From an uncultured Candidatus Saccharibacteria bacterium (GTDB lineage: Bacteria; Patescibacteriota; Andersenbacteria; UBA10190): DNA of 57,563 nt. Of this stretch, positions 24,074-33,433 are shown one piece after another. Each line of letters opens with the position of its first letter. The first letter of the stretch is position 1. Under the pieces are notes generated by a model, which was given only the letters and a program-made list of their open reading frames with translations, was not told the origin of the DNA and searched no databases. The translations under genes and the position numbers were made by a program. The stretch covers positions 157,304 to 214,866 of the forward strand of contig CAZSUC010000001.1 of the NCBI GenBank assembly GCA_964610055.1. Direction: 5' to 3'.

Positions 24074-27000
24074 TTAGTTATTCGACAGATAATTCAAATT
24101 AATTTCACCTACTTGAACTGAATCGCTCTGGTCGGCTGTCATATGGACCTGAATGGTCACATATTCACCTGCCGTATATGTCCCGGTCGGTGTATCTGAT
24201 AATTGCGTCCAAGTACTAGCTGTTCCTGCTGCTTCTGCCGCAGTAATTCCCGCATCAGCTGCGTTGTTTGTGTCATAAAATGACACTTGAACGCTGCCAT
24301 TCGTCGCATCGGTACGTCGGCCGTAAACTTGTACTGGATTACTAGCTGCCCAACTGTCAAAATTATCCGGTACTCTCCATCTAATCCAAATGTCGTAGTC
24401 TTGGCTCGTTGATTCCGTAGTTGTCCAACTGTAATAGCTGTGCGTATCGCTCGTTCCGCAATATGACGTATTTACCGCCGGAATCCCGTTAGTTGCGTCA
24501 TTATCACAGAAATCACTTGTCATCGTTCCGCTATTGCTTGATCCGTCTCCTGATAAGGAAGCACCTTCATATTCCGGCGATAATGTCTCTTGTCGCGTTG
24601 GTCGAGCATTACCGCTGTAAGTCACTGCTTCTGTGAATTCAGACGCTGATTGGATGTATAAGCCGCGATCCCAGTTTGCTCCAATTACTAACGCGTATTC
24701 TGTCGCATCTGATCCAGCCGCCAATCCTGCGATATTAACCCCATATAACGTATCACCGCTGTCCCCGGAAGACGTCATTGCCAAGTTGATTCCCATATTT
24801 GTGTCTCCGCTAGCAGAATCACTGGCCGCGGTGTAGTTAATTTGCAAACCATCCGCTGAGCTCGTTGCGCCGTAACTCGCATTTGTAATTGTTACCATAT
24901 CGCTCGTTGGCGCTTCTATCGCCGCAATCGACAAATCCTCTCCTGCTCCTAATGACCAGTCGACATCATCATAAAATGTTGTTTTCCCATCCGCATCCAC
25001 TTTCACCACATCACTACCACCATCTTGGATCGCAAATTCTCCCGTCGAATCCAGGTTTATATCATAATCATAGGCGCCCAATACCATACTGGTTGAATTA
25101 TCCAAGTTCAAAGTATCTTCTAAATGGCTGAAATCCAGGCTATCTGCCATGACCGAGGCGCTCACCGTGTTAGTTGCCGCCACCGCCAAGTCAATCGTGC
25201 TTGTATCCGCAAATGTAATTGTTTCTCCGTCATCAATCGTTTGCGTCGTTGGCACCGTTTCATCGTCTGAAATAATGAAACTAGAGAATGCACTGCTACA
25301 ATCTGTCCATTCCATCTTTCCGGAAGTATCGCTCCATTTTAAGCAATATCCATCAACTGCCGACCCGCTAATATCCAAATCACTTTCATCGACTGCTTCA
25401 TCTGCGATTGTAACTGCTCCCGTTCCGTCCAATGAAACATCCCCGCTCATGGCTACTGGATTATAATTTGTCCCGTCCGCCACCAGGATATATCCCGCTG
25501 TATTGGTTGCCATGTATAAATCATCGCCTGAAATCGCTAAATCATCCGCAATCGTGGTTTTTGTGCCGGTATTATCAATCGTCAAATTACCGGAAGAATC
25601 AACCGTAAACCGTGAATCAACCGAATCATCCGTGTATGTAAGGCGCAGCTGCTCGGTCGTAGATAAAATTTCCAATTTCGCGTCAGGCGATGTATCGCCA
25701 ATACCTAAACTTCCGCTGCTTAAAATTGTCATCTTCGCCGCGTCTGACGGACCAATCATTAAACTATTATCTACTGCGTTAGTAATGCCGCGGCCAAATA
25801 TAAATGCACCTGTTGTTGCTGTTAATGTGTTACTAGCTCCAAATACACCATTATATGTGTGCTGAACCGCCCCACTAATAGTATTATCAGATCCAAATAT
25901 TGAGTTTCTACTAGAGTTTGTACTGCCAGAAAACGAATTATTATATCCAACAATAGAGTTTCGTTGTCCACTATTATTCACATTATCCGTATTATTAGTA
26001 CCAAAAATTGAATTCAAGTTACTAGCTGCAGAAGAACCAGTATTACCACTACCGACAGCTACCTGATTCAGCGTTAATGCTCCACCTGACGATAAGCTAG
26101 CTACTGTTGTGGTGCCATTAACAAAAGATAAGCCATTAGTTGATGCTAGAGATTTAATAAACCATGTATCTGCAGTATCATCACCGTCATCCGCATCAAG
26201 CACTAATACAGCATCGGTTCCTTCTGCTCCTTGTATCTCAAAAAGATCCTCTGGTGTCGCGGTTCCAACGCCTACCTTATTTTCATACCCACTTGCATTT
26301 ACCGCTAGCGTACTCGTGTCCACCACTAAACTGCCCAAAGTAGCCAATCCGGACGTTGTGAAATCTCCTGTTTGTCCCGAAGCTCCTAATAATGCCACAG
26401 TTCCACTCAAATTCGGCAGCGTGATTGTCTTGTCGCTTAAAGTTGCATCTGCCGCTACCAAAATTATCTCATAATCGTCTGCGGTCGCTCCTTCAAAATA
26501 CAGCGAATAATCACTCGTGTCGGCGGCCGTAAAACATGCCCCGCTCTCACATGTTCCTACTGTCTCAATATCAGCGCTCGCTAAATTAGAAATATCTGTC
26601 CAGGCCAATGTCCCGTCAGTTTGTGTGGTCAAAACATAGTCGTTGCCGCCAATCGGGCCGCTTGGCCATGTATAAGTCAGTGAATTAAACGTTGTTGTGC
26701 CTTCTACGGTTAAACCACCAGTCATACTTAAGCTGCCAGTCGTTCCATCGTCTGTTAATGTCAGTAACGTATTTGTCCCGTCATCAAAAACCAAAGTTGC
26801 TGAATCCAAGGTAATTGCATCTGCTAATTCCGTTCCGTCCACCACATCTGCAGCAATAGTTAAAGCCGTCGTGTTATTTGCTCCTAACGTCGCTGTCACA
26901 TCTCCCGTAAACGTATGTCCTGACACAATAATCGTTCCGTCTGCATCAGGTAATGTCCAAGTTCTGCCCGCTACCGCCGTTAAATCAGCAATTTGTAGTG

Positions 27001-30000
27001 TTCCGTCCCCAGTTGCATCGTTAAAGACTAAATAAGTGCCACTCGTGCCATTAAAGCACTCGCCTGTCGTGCAATCACCCACTGCTGCAATATCGCCTGC
27101 CATGCTTTCCCAAGTTAATGTCCCGCTTCCATCACTGGTTAGGACTTGCCCATCTGTGCCGTCATCCGTTGGCCACGTGTAAGTCCCTCCTCCAAACGTT
27201 GTTGTCCCGCCAACTGTTATATTCCCGCTCGCATCAATCACAAACGGCGTCGTATCCCCACTCTCATCATTCACCACCAACGAATTACCCGTCCCCGTAT
27301 TAGTAATTGAAAACACATTTGATCCTGTTACCGCTATATCTGTAGAAGCGTCTAAGGTTAAGGAATCAGCCAAATCGCTGAATCCTAACGAATCGGCCGC
27401 AATGTCTAATGTGACGGCTAATTCCTCTCCGCCCGTTCCGTTGGTAACTGTAATCTTTCCTGCTCCTGCATCTGCAATTGATCCTACATAGTCTCCTGTC
27501 GTGTCTGTACCCAAAGCCACTGTATTAGCGCCAATTGTTGTGACTCCAGCATTGCTAATTGTAATATCTCCACTCATCGCTACGCTTTCCCATGAATCTC
27601 CGTCCGCAATCAATACATTTGCATCAGTCGCTGTCGTTGTCCCTAACGTTGCTCCATTAATCTTGGCCACAGTTAGCGCCGTACTGCCGTCAGTATCTAA
27701 TGTACCGGTAGCATCGCCCGTAAATGTGTGTCCCGATAAAATCACCGTTCCGTCCGCATCTGGTAATGTCCAAGTACGATTACCCGACATGCTCGCCGAT
27801 ATAGCTAACTGTCCCGTGCCGCCATCGTCATAAAATGTTAGGTATGATCCGCCGTCTGAAGTCCCGTCAAAACAGTCTCCAGTGTCACAATTGCCAACTT
27901 TTGTCACATCTCCTGTACCGGCTCCAACACCTGTTACTGCTTGCCAGGTTAAATTCCCTGCTCCGTCCGTCACTAACACTTGTCCGCTTGATCCTCTTCC
28001 GTCCGGCCAAATATATCCGTATTGGTTAAAATACACTTTCCCGTTTGATCCCGAATCATCTTCAACTGCAAATAAGATATTCCCGCTCGGATCTTTAATT
28101 GATAGTTGAGAACCGTCCGCAATATTCAAATTTGGAGTCGTTCCTGAGAAATATAGCGTTGTCCCGTGAGTTACGTTGCCAGTTACATCAAAACAATCTC
28201 CGCTCGTACAATCTCCAACTGTATTAATGTCTCCGGCAATCCCCCCTCCTGTTATATTTGCCCAAGCCAAAGTGCCGTCTGTTTGAGCCGTTAACACGTA
28301 ATTATTACTTCCGATTGTCGTCGGCCAAGTGTAAGTTAAGCTGTTTAAGGTTGTGGTTTGACCAGTTGCAACCATTAAATCGCCGCCAACAGTCACGTCT
28401 CCAGCGCTATCAACCACAAATTCAGTTCCATTGGCATTTACTGTAAACGAATCCTCGCTGCCAGTATTCACCACGCTAATATCCGCTCCGGCTACTAACG
28501 ACGTGCCAGTTGTTGAATTGCCTACTGTCAGTGTATTGGTATCCGTTACTCCGATGGTTGTCGCCGCATCCAAAGCTAATGCGTCCTTTAACTCAGTGAA
28601 ATCAAGGCTATCAGCCGTAATATCAACCGTAATAGCTGCTCCCTCTGTTCCAGAATTATTCACTGTAATCCGGCTTGTACCGCTCACGGGTGTAATTGTT
28701 GCCACGTAATTACCTGTTGTATCAGTGCTCAGTGTTACCGAATTTGGCTGTATAGTCGTTAATCCAGCCTGCGTTAAGCTTATATCACCTGTTATTCCTC
28801 TCGTCTGCCAACTACTGCCATCACCAATCAAAATATTTCCCGCCGTTGCCGTAGCGCTGCCAATCGTAACATTCTTAATTTTATTCACTGTGACGTTGGA
28901 TAAGTACCCGGATACATCACCAGCCACACTTAAAGCGCCTTCCAAAGTACTTACTGTCGTTGAATTAACTGTTGTGACGTCATTTAAGGCACCTACGCTA
29001 ATACTTGTTAATCCGACCAGATCCGCATCCAAATTAAAGTGATTAGTGCCGTCTAGTGTAATATTTGTACCGCCATAATATGTTGGCGCTTCCGTTTCGC
29101 TTGAACATGCCCACACCGCATTTGTATCATCCCATCGTAATATCTGATCATCCGCGCATGTTCCTAACAGTTGTAATCCATTCGCTGTTAACGCCATTCC
29201 TGATGCTGTTTGCGTTTCTGTGTCGTTTACACCTGTTAATAATTGAATTGCTAAACTGCCTCCGCTCGTATCTAAGCCATTGCCTGTGTTGACTGCAATT
29301 GTCGGCGTGGCTCCTTCTCCGCTGCCGCCAGTTACCGTAATGCTGTCGTCTGCTGCGCTTAATGACGCCACGTAATTACCCGCCGTTTGCGTACCTAAAT
29401 CAATCGCATCGTTGGCAATTGTGATACTTGTTGAGCCTGTTGTTCCTAAAGTCGTGGTAGTTACTTCTCCGGTTAATTGTTGACCGCTCAAAATGATAGT
29501 TCCACTCGAATTAGGCAAAGTCCACGTTCGGTTAGACGACATTGATGATGAAATTTGAAGAGTACCCGTTCCGCCGTCATCATAAAACGTCAAAGCCGTG
29601 CCACCGTCCGAAGTCCCGTCAAAACAATCCCCGCCGGCACAATCTCCAACGCTACCCACGTCTCCAACTAATCCAGCTTCTGTTGCTGTCGACCAATTCA
29701 AAGTACCATCACCATTGCTAATTAATACTTGATTAGATGTTCCGTAAGTTGACGGCCATTCATACTCCACTGAATTTAAAGTCACGTGATTTGCTCCGCT
29801 TACATACTCTGCGCCAAATAAGATATGTCCGCTCGCGTCTTTAACATAAAAAGTAGAATTATCCGCTACTGTTAATGTTGTCCCTGATCCTGCTGCTGTG
29901 AAACAATCACCGGACGCGCAGTCTCCAACTGCTGAAATATCACCTAATCCCATTGAACCCGGATTACCCCATGTTAATCCACCTGCTCCATCAGTAGTTA

Positions 30001-33000
30001 AGAGATAATCTTCTCCTCCTGCATCGCCTGGCCAAGTGTATGTTTGGCCATTTAATGTTGTTGTGCTCCCAAAAGTTACACTTCCTGCCGCATCAATCAC
30101 AAACGGCGTCGTATCCCCACTCTCATCATTCACCACCAAAGAATTACCCGTCCCCGTATTAGTAATTGAAAACACATTTGATCCCGTTACCGCTATATCT
30201 GTAGAAGCGTCTAGGGTTAAAGCGTCTTTTAATTCACTAAAATCTAATCCGTCCGCCGTCACTGCCACTCCACTACTGCCCACAGTTAAGGTTGAATCAG
30301 CCGCTGTCACCGCTACCCCACTTGAAGTTACGCTAATACCATTACCGGCCTTAACCGATAATGTTGGCGTTGAGCCATGTGCTGGCGCGCTAATTGTATT
30401 TAAACCATTCCCGGCTGTAATACTAGCAACATAATTTCCACTCGTATCAACACTCAAAGATACCGATCCATCCGTAATGCTTGTTACTCCAGCAGACGAT
30501 AATTCCAAAACACCCGTTACTGGCACAGAGCTAAATCCAGTCCCGTCAGCTACCAAAATATTTCCGCTGTCGTTGCTGCTCATTTTAATCTGAGCCCCGA
30601 CTGTCACGTTCCCCGCTGCGTCAATTATAAAAGGTGTTGAATCACCTGATTCATCGTTCACTGTTAAGGAGCTTCCTGTTCCAGTATTAGTAATTGTTAG
30701 CGCGCTTCCTGATCCACTTTTTGCAATTGTCAGCGTATTGGCATCGGCGGCCGTTATTGTTGTTGGCGCGTCCAATGTTAATGCGTCCGCAATTTTAGAA
30801 AAATTCAAACTATCATCTGCTATCTGCAATGTCGTCCCAGATAGTTGTAATATCGATCCGTCCGGTGTACGCCATGCTGTCTGCTGAGTAGTGCCGTCCC
30901 AAGCCAATAATTGGGATGTCGAAGGGCTTGAAGGTACACCTGCTTCTAGAGAAAAAGTTACTGTATCAGTCGCTGATACAGCCGTCGCTAAACCAGTGCC
31001 TGCCACAAAAGTTAGTTCGTCATTACTGTCAATATCTTCACTCGTTGTTCCGTCTGTTATTGAAAAGCCTTGAAAGCCTGTCGCGTTACAGTCTTGCCAA
31101 GTAAATCCTCCAGTTGAGCTATTGTAAATTAAACAATAACCATTTGACGGAGAGTTAGAGGCTAATAGCATTGATTCTTCAATTGCATCTGCTTGAATTG
31201 TTAATGCTCCAGACGTACTAATAGTTGCATCTCCGCTTACTACGGCTGAATTCCATTGGCTTCCATTTCCAACTAATACCGCGCCACTACTAGCAGTTGT
31301 TGTACCTAACGTTGCGCCGTTTATTTTTGCTACACTAACTGACGTACTCCCGCTCGTTGATAAGGTGCCAGTTAAATCTCCAATTAAATTATGTCCTGAT
31401 AAAATAACTGTTCCGCTCGCATTTGGTAATACGATATTTCGATTTGCGTCTGCATCGGCTGAAGACAGATTAATTGTATAACTGCCTGCTGAAGGACCTT
31501 TAAAGTACAAACTATCCGAACCAGTTGCATCAACCGTAAAACAACTACCCGTATCGCATGTCCCAACATCGCGAATATCTCCCGTCACACCCGCTGCGCT
31601 TGGATTTATCCATGTTAATTGTCCTGAACCGTTAGTTGCTAATATGAAGTTATTGTCTCCGCTCGCTGCTGGCCAAGTATAGGTTAAATTATTTAATGTT
31701 GTTGTGCCTCCAACCGTTAAATCACCGTCTTCATCTATTTCAAATACCGATGTATTACTTGTTGGTGTCCCTTTCGCTATCCCGAACAAAGCCTGATTAG
31801 CGCTTGGTGTAGCCCCAACTAAAACTTCAAACATTGGAATATTAACATTTGAAGAAGATGTATTTTCTGTTTGAAAAACTAATCTGCTATTGCTATCTTT
31901 CCCGTATTCAATGCTCCAATCTGCATCGCTCCCTAAGTTTAAAGCCACATCATCAGCAATTGTCCATTCGCCTGTTATTGTTTCTGCGTCATCGTCAAAA
32001 ATAGCCGCTTCAATCGTATTTTCAGTGGTTGCATCTATTGTTGTGAGTCCATTTATAGCTGTAACGGAATTTAATTCGCTTGCAATCGAAAATTCAGTTC
32101 CGTCCAGTTCTAAGTCATCCCCGGCCGTATAGGCTGTATCGGTGCTACTAATAGTTAAAGTTCCGGTAGTCTTATTCAAAGATACCGTTGTAGCGCCTTC
32201 TGAGGCGACTGTCAGCACTTCATCGGCACTATTAGCAGTAAATGTATCTGTGCCAACTTTAATTGCTTGTAGGGCATTCTGAGGCGTTATATCTTGCCCC
32301 ATTGCTGTGTTGCTAATGGTTAATCCATTAATCTCAATTCCTTCACCTGCTTGAAATTGGATATCTCCAGTTTGTCCTTGTACGGAATTTACGACATTAG
32401 ACGCAAAAATTCGTCCATTACCCAGATTTATATCAATTCCTTCACCAGTAACATTGCCTTGTAACGTTAACTCGCCCTCCACTTGCATTTGATCATTGAT
32501 TAACGTTGGAACGTTAACTTCAAAAAATCTATCCAGTTCTTCTGTTGTTAAAGCCAAAACTCTAGGATTTTTATTATTCTCATCGCCATATGCCAAACGA
32601 GTTTCTTCTGTTGGAATCATCTCTTCCTCTAATCCAAACCACTCATTCAAATAAGATAATTTATTGCTAAATGAAGCACCGGATAGCTTCATTAAATGCA
32701 ATGAAGTCGTTACTAATATTCCAATCGCAAATAAAGACAGTACTGCTGGAGCTAATCGTAAGCGATGATGGGCAGTCGTTGCTGGTATTTGCCGATGATA
32801 TTTCTGATTTACTTCATTCTCATTAAAAGGTGAATAATATGTCTTAGTTTGATACTTACTTTGAGCAACCGTCTCATTAGCTAAAATAGGATCATTATTA
32901 CTGGTCTGTTTCTGCCAAGTTGCTAGATACGTCGGTGAGAACACTACTAAATCATCTTCAACTTTCGATAAAGATTTAATTTTTTGGTTAGACTCCTGCA

Positions 33001-33433
33001 ATGCTGTTTCTATAGGCAAAATTTCCTTTGAAATATTTTCCTCTTTGAGCGGTATTGCCTGTTCTGTTGTCTTCTCTGGATTTAAAAATGCCTCTAAAAC
33101 TGTCTGCGTATAAAGTCTTTCTCCATTATCATCTCTTAACGGAGATATTTTTCCTTGCGTTTCATATCTACGCAAAGTACTAGTTGAGATATTTAACTGT
33201 TTTGCCGCCTCAGAAATAGTAAGAGGGCGGTTATTTTTGTACCTTTCTAATTCAATTACGGAAAATAATCTGTGTCCGCCATCTGATCGTTGAGCTGTAA
33301 TTATCCCCTTTTTCTCCCATCTTCTTACAGTATCCACAGATACACCTAAAATTTCGGCAGCGCGCCGAATTGAGACAAAATCGCCCTTTAATGGTGTTTC
33401 TTGGGGCATGAAGGAAGGATTAATCCTAGGCAT
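24074..33433 (-). CDS. Giant (3119 aa) protein: two N-terminal MerR/excisionase-type HTH domains, one TM helix, ~2870-aa repetitive ectodomain
   Basis: aa ~19-66: VSIRRAAEILGVSVDTVRRWEKKGIITAQRSDGGHRLF. aa ~71-116: LTISEAAKQLNISTSTLRRYETQGKISPLRDDNGERLYT. TM LAPAVLSLFAIGILVTTSLHLM at aa ~226-247. Then come repeated modules (..TYTWP....G..L.....G.L.W, VG[DT]C..G.CF, TLP..[SD]GT[IV]). The ORF is uninterrupted over 9.4 kb. Confidence 0.9.
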   Translation of the reverse strand: MPRINPSFMPQETPLKGDFVSIRRAAEILGVSVDTVRRWEKKGIITAQRSDGGHRLFSVIELERYKNNRPLTISEAAKQLNISTSTLRRYETQGKISPLRDDNGERLYTQTVLEAFLNPEKTTEQAIPLKEENISKEILPIETALQESNQKIKSLSKVEDDLVVFSPTYLATWQKQTSNNDPILANETVAQSKYQTKTYYSPFNENEVNQKYHRQIPATTAHHRLRLAPAVLSLFAIGILVTTSLHLMKLSGASFSNKLSYLNEWFGLEEEMIPTEETRLAYGDENNKNPRVLALTTEELDRFFEVNVPTLINDQMQVEGELTLQGNVTGEGIDINLGNGRIFASNVVNSVQGQTGDIQFQAGEGIEINGLTISNTAMGQDITPQNALQAIKVGTDTFTANSADEVLTVASEGATTVSLNKTTGTLTISSTDTAYTAGDDLELDGTEFSIASELNSVTAINGLTTIDATTENTIEAAIFDDDAETITGEWTIADDVALNLGSDADWSIEYGKDSNSRLVFQTENTSSSNVNIPMFEVLVGATPSANQALFGIAKGTPTSNTSVFEIDEDGDLTVGGTTTLNNLTYTWPAASGDNNFILATNGSGQLTWINPSAAGVTGDIRDVGTCDTGSCFTVDATGSDSLYFKGPSAGSYTINLSSADADANRNIVLPNASGTVILSGHNLIGDLTGTLSTSGSTSVSVAKINGATLGTTTASSGAVLVGNGSQWNSAVVSGDATISTSGALTIQADAIEESMLLASNSPSNGYCLIYNSSTGGFTWQDCNATGFQGFSITDGTTSEDIDSNDELTFVAGTGLATAVSATDTVTFSLEAGVPSSPSTSQLLAWDGTTQQTAWRTPDGSILQLSGTTLQIADDSLNFSKIADALTLDAPTTITAADANTLTIAKSGSGSALTITNTGTGSSLTVNDESGDSTPFIIDAAGNVTVGAQIKMSSNDSGNILVADGTGFSSVPVTGVLELSSAGVTSITDGSVSLSVDTSGNYVASITAGNGLNTISAPAHGSTPTLSVKAGNGISVTSSGVAVTAADSTLTVGSSGVAVTADGLDFSELKDALTLDASTDIAVTGSNVFSITNTGTGNSLVVNDESGDTTPFVIDAAGSVTFGSTTTLNGQTYTWPGDAGGEDYLLTTDGAGGLTWGNPGSMGLGDISAVGDCASGDCFTAAGSGTTLTVADNSTFYVKDASGHILFGAEYVSGANHVTLNSVEYEWPSTYGTSNQVLISNGDGTLNWSTATEAGLVGDVGSVGDCAGGDCFDGTSDGGTALTFYDDGGTGTLQISSSMSSNRTWTLPNSSGTIILSGQQLTGEVTTTTLGTTGSTSITIANDAIDLGTQTAGNYVASLSAADDSITVTGGSGEGATPTIAVNTGNGLDTSGGSLAIQLLTGVNDTETQTASGMALTANGLQLLGTCADDQILRWDDTNAVWACSSETEAPTYYGGTNITLDGTNHFNLDADLVGLTSISVGALNDVTTVNSTTVSTLEGALSVAGDVSGYLSNVTVNKIKNVTIGSATATAGNILIGDGSSWQTRGITGDISLTQAGLTTIQPNSVTLSTDTTGNYVATITPVSGTSRITVNNSGTEGAAITVDITADSLDFTELKDALALDAATTIGVTDTNTLTVGNSTTGTSLVAGADISVVNTGSEDSFTVNANGTEFVVDSAGDVTVGGDLMVATGQTTTLNSLTYTWPTTIGSNNYVLTAQTDGTLAWANITGGGIAGDINTVGDCTSGDCFDVTGNVTHGTTLYFSGTTPNLNIADGSQLSIKDPSGNILFAVEDDSGSNGKVYFNQYGYIWPDGRGSSGQVLVTDGAGNLTWQAVTGVGAGTGDVTKVGNCDTGDCFDGTSDGGSYLTFYDDGGTGQLAISASMSGNRTWTLPDADGTVILSGHTFTGDATGTLDTDGSTALTVAKINGATLGTTTATDANVLIADGDSWESVAMSGDITISNAGVTTIGANTVALGTDTTGDYVGSIADAGAGKITVTNGTGGEELAVTLDIAADSLGFSDLADSLTLDASTDIAVTGSNVFSITNTGTGNSLVVNDESGDTTPFVIDASGNITVGGTTTFGGGTYTWPTDDGTDGQVLTSDGSGTLTWESMAGDIAAVGDCTTGECFNGTSGTYLVFNDATGDGTLQIADLTAVAGRTWTLPDADGTIIVSGHTFTGDVTATLGANNTTALTIAADVVDGTELADAITLDSATLVFDDGTNTLLTLTDDGTTGSLSMTGGLTVEGTTTFNSLTYTWPSGPIGGNDYVLTTQTDGTLAWTDISNLASADIETVGTCESGACFTAADTSDYSLYFEGATADDYEIILVAADATLSDKTITLPNLSGTVALLGASGQTGDFTTSGLATLGSLVVDTSTLAVNASGYENKVGVGTATPEDLFEIQGAEGTDAVLVLDADDGDDTADTWFIKSLASTNGLSFVNGTTTVASLSSGGALTLNQVAVGSGNTGSSAASNLNSIFGTNNTDNVNNSGQRNSIVGYNNSFSGSTNSSRNSIFGSDNTISGAVQHTYNGVFGASNTLTATTGAFIFGRGITNAVDNSLMIGPSDAAKMTILSSGSLGIGDTSPDAKLEILSTTEQLRLTYTDDSVDSRFTVDSSGNLTIDNTGTKTTIADDLAISGDDLYMATNTAGYILVADGTNYNPVAMSGDVSLDGTGAVTIADEAVDESDLDISGSAVDGYCLKWSDTSGKMEWTDCSSAFSSFIISDDETVPTTQTIDDGETITFADTSTIDLAVAATNTVSASVMADSLDFSHLEDTLNLDNSTSMVLGAYDYDINLDSTGEFAIQDGGSDVVKVDADGKTTFYDDVDWSLGAGEDLSIAAIEAPTSDMVTITNASYGATSSADGLQINYTAASDSASGDTNMGINLAMTSSGDSGDTLYGVNIAGLAAGSDATEYALVIGANWDRGLYIQSASEFTEAVTYSGNARPTRQETLSPEYEGASLSGDGSSNSGTMTSDFCDNDATNGIPAVNTSYCGTSDTHSYYSWTTTESTSQDYDIWIRWRVPDNFDSWAASNPVQVYGRRTDATNGSVQVSFYDTNNAADAGITAAEAAGTASTWTQLSDTPTGTYTAGEYVTIQVHMTADQSDSVQVGEINLNYLSNN
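27230..27361 (-). repeat. Copy A of a 132-nt near-identical (129/132) dispersed intragenic repeat
   Basis: Aligns to 30089-30220 at a fixed offset of 2859 nt, with mismatches only at 27281, 27326 and 27355. Encodes LTLDASTDIAVTGSNVFSITNTGTGNSLVVNDESGDTTPFVIDA. Confidence 0.85.
30089..30220 (-). repeat. Copy B of the 132-nt near-identical intragenic repeat
   Basis: See copy A. The surrounding repeat units are much more diverged at the DNA level. Confidence 0.85.

Noticed and set aside
8518-33433. Possibility that the repeated DNA blocks are a CRISPR array or non-coding tandem repeats
   Set aside because: All repeats are in frame within uninterrupted giant ORFs. Their periods are multiples of 3 (99, 492 and 2859 nt). 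There is no short direct-repeat/spacer periodicity, and no cas genes are present.
24074-33433. Giant ORF 2 as a prophage tail-fibre gene
   Set aside because: Some motifs are fibre-like, but no phage structural, lysis, integrase or packaging genes flank it. It has an N-terminal cytoplasmic HTH plus a TM anchor, and it is embedded in an operon with a two-component system.
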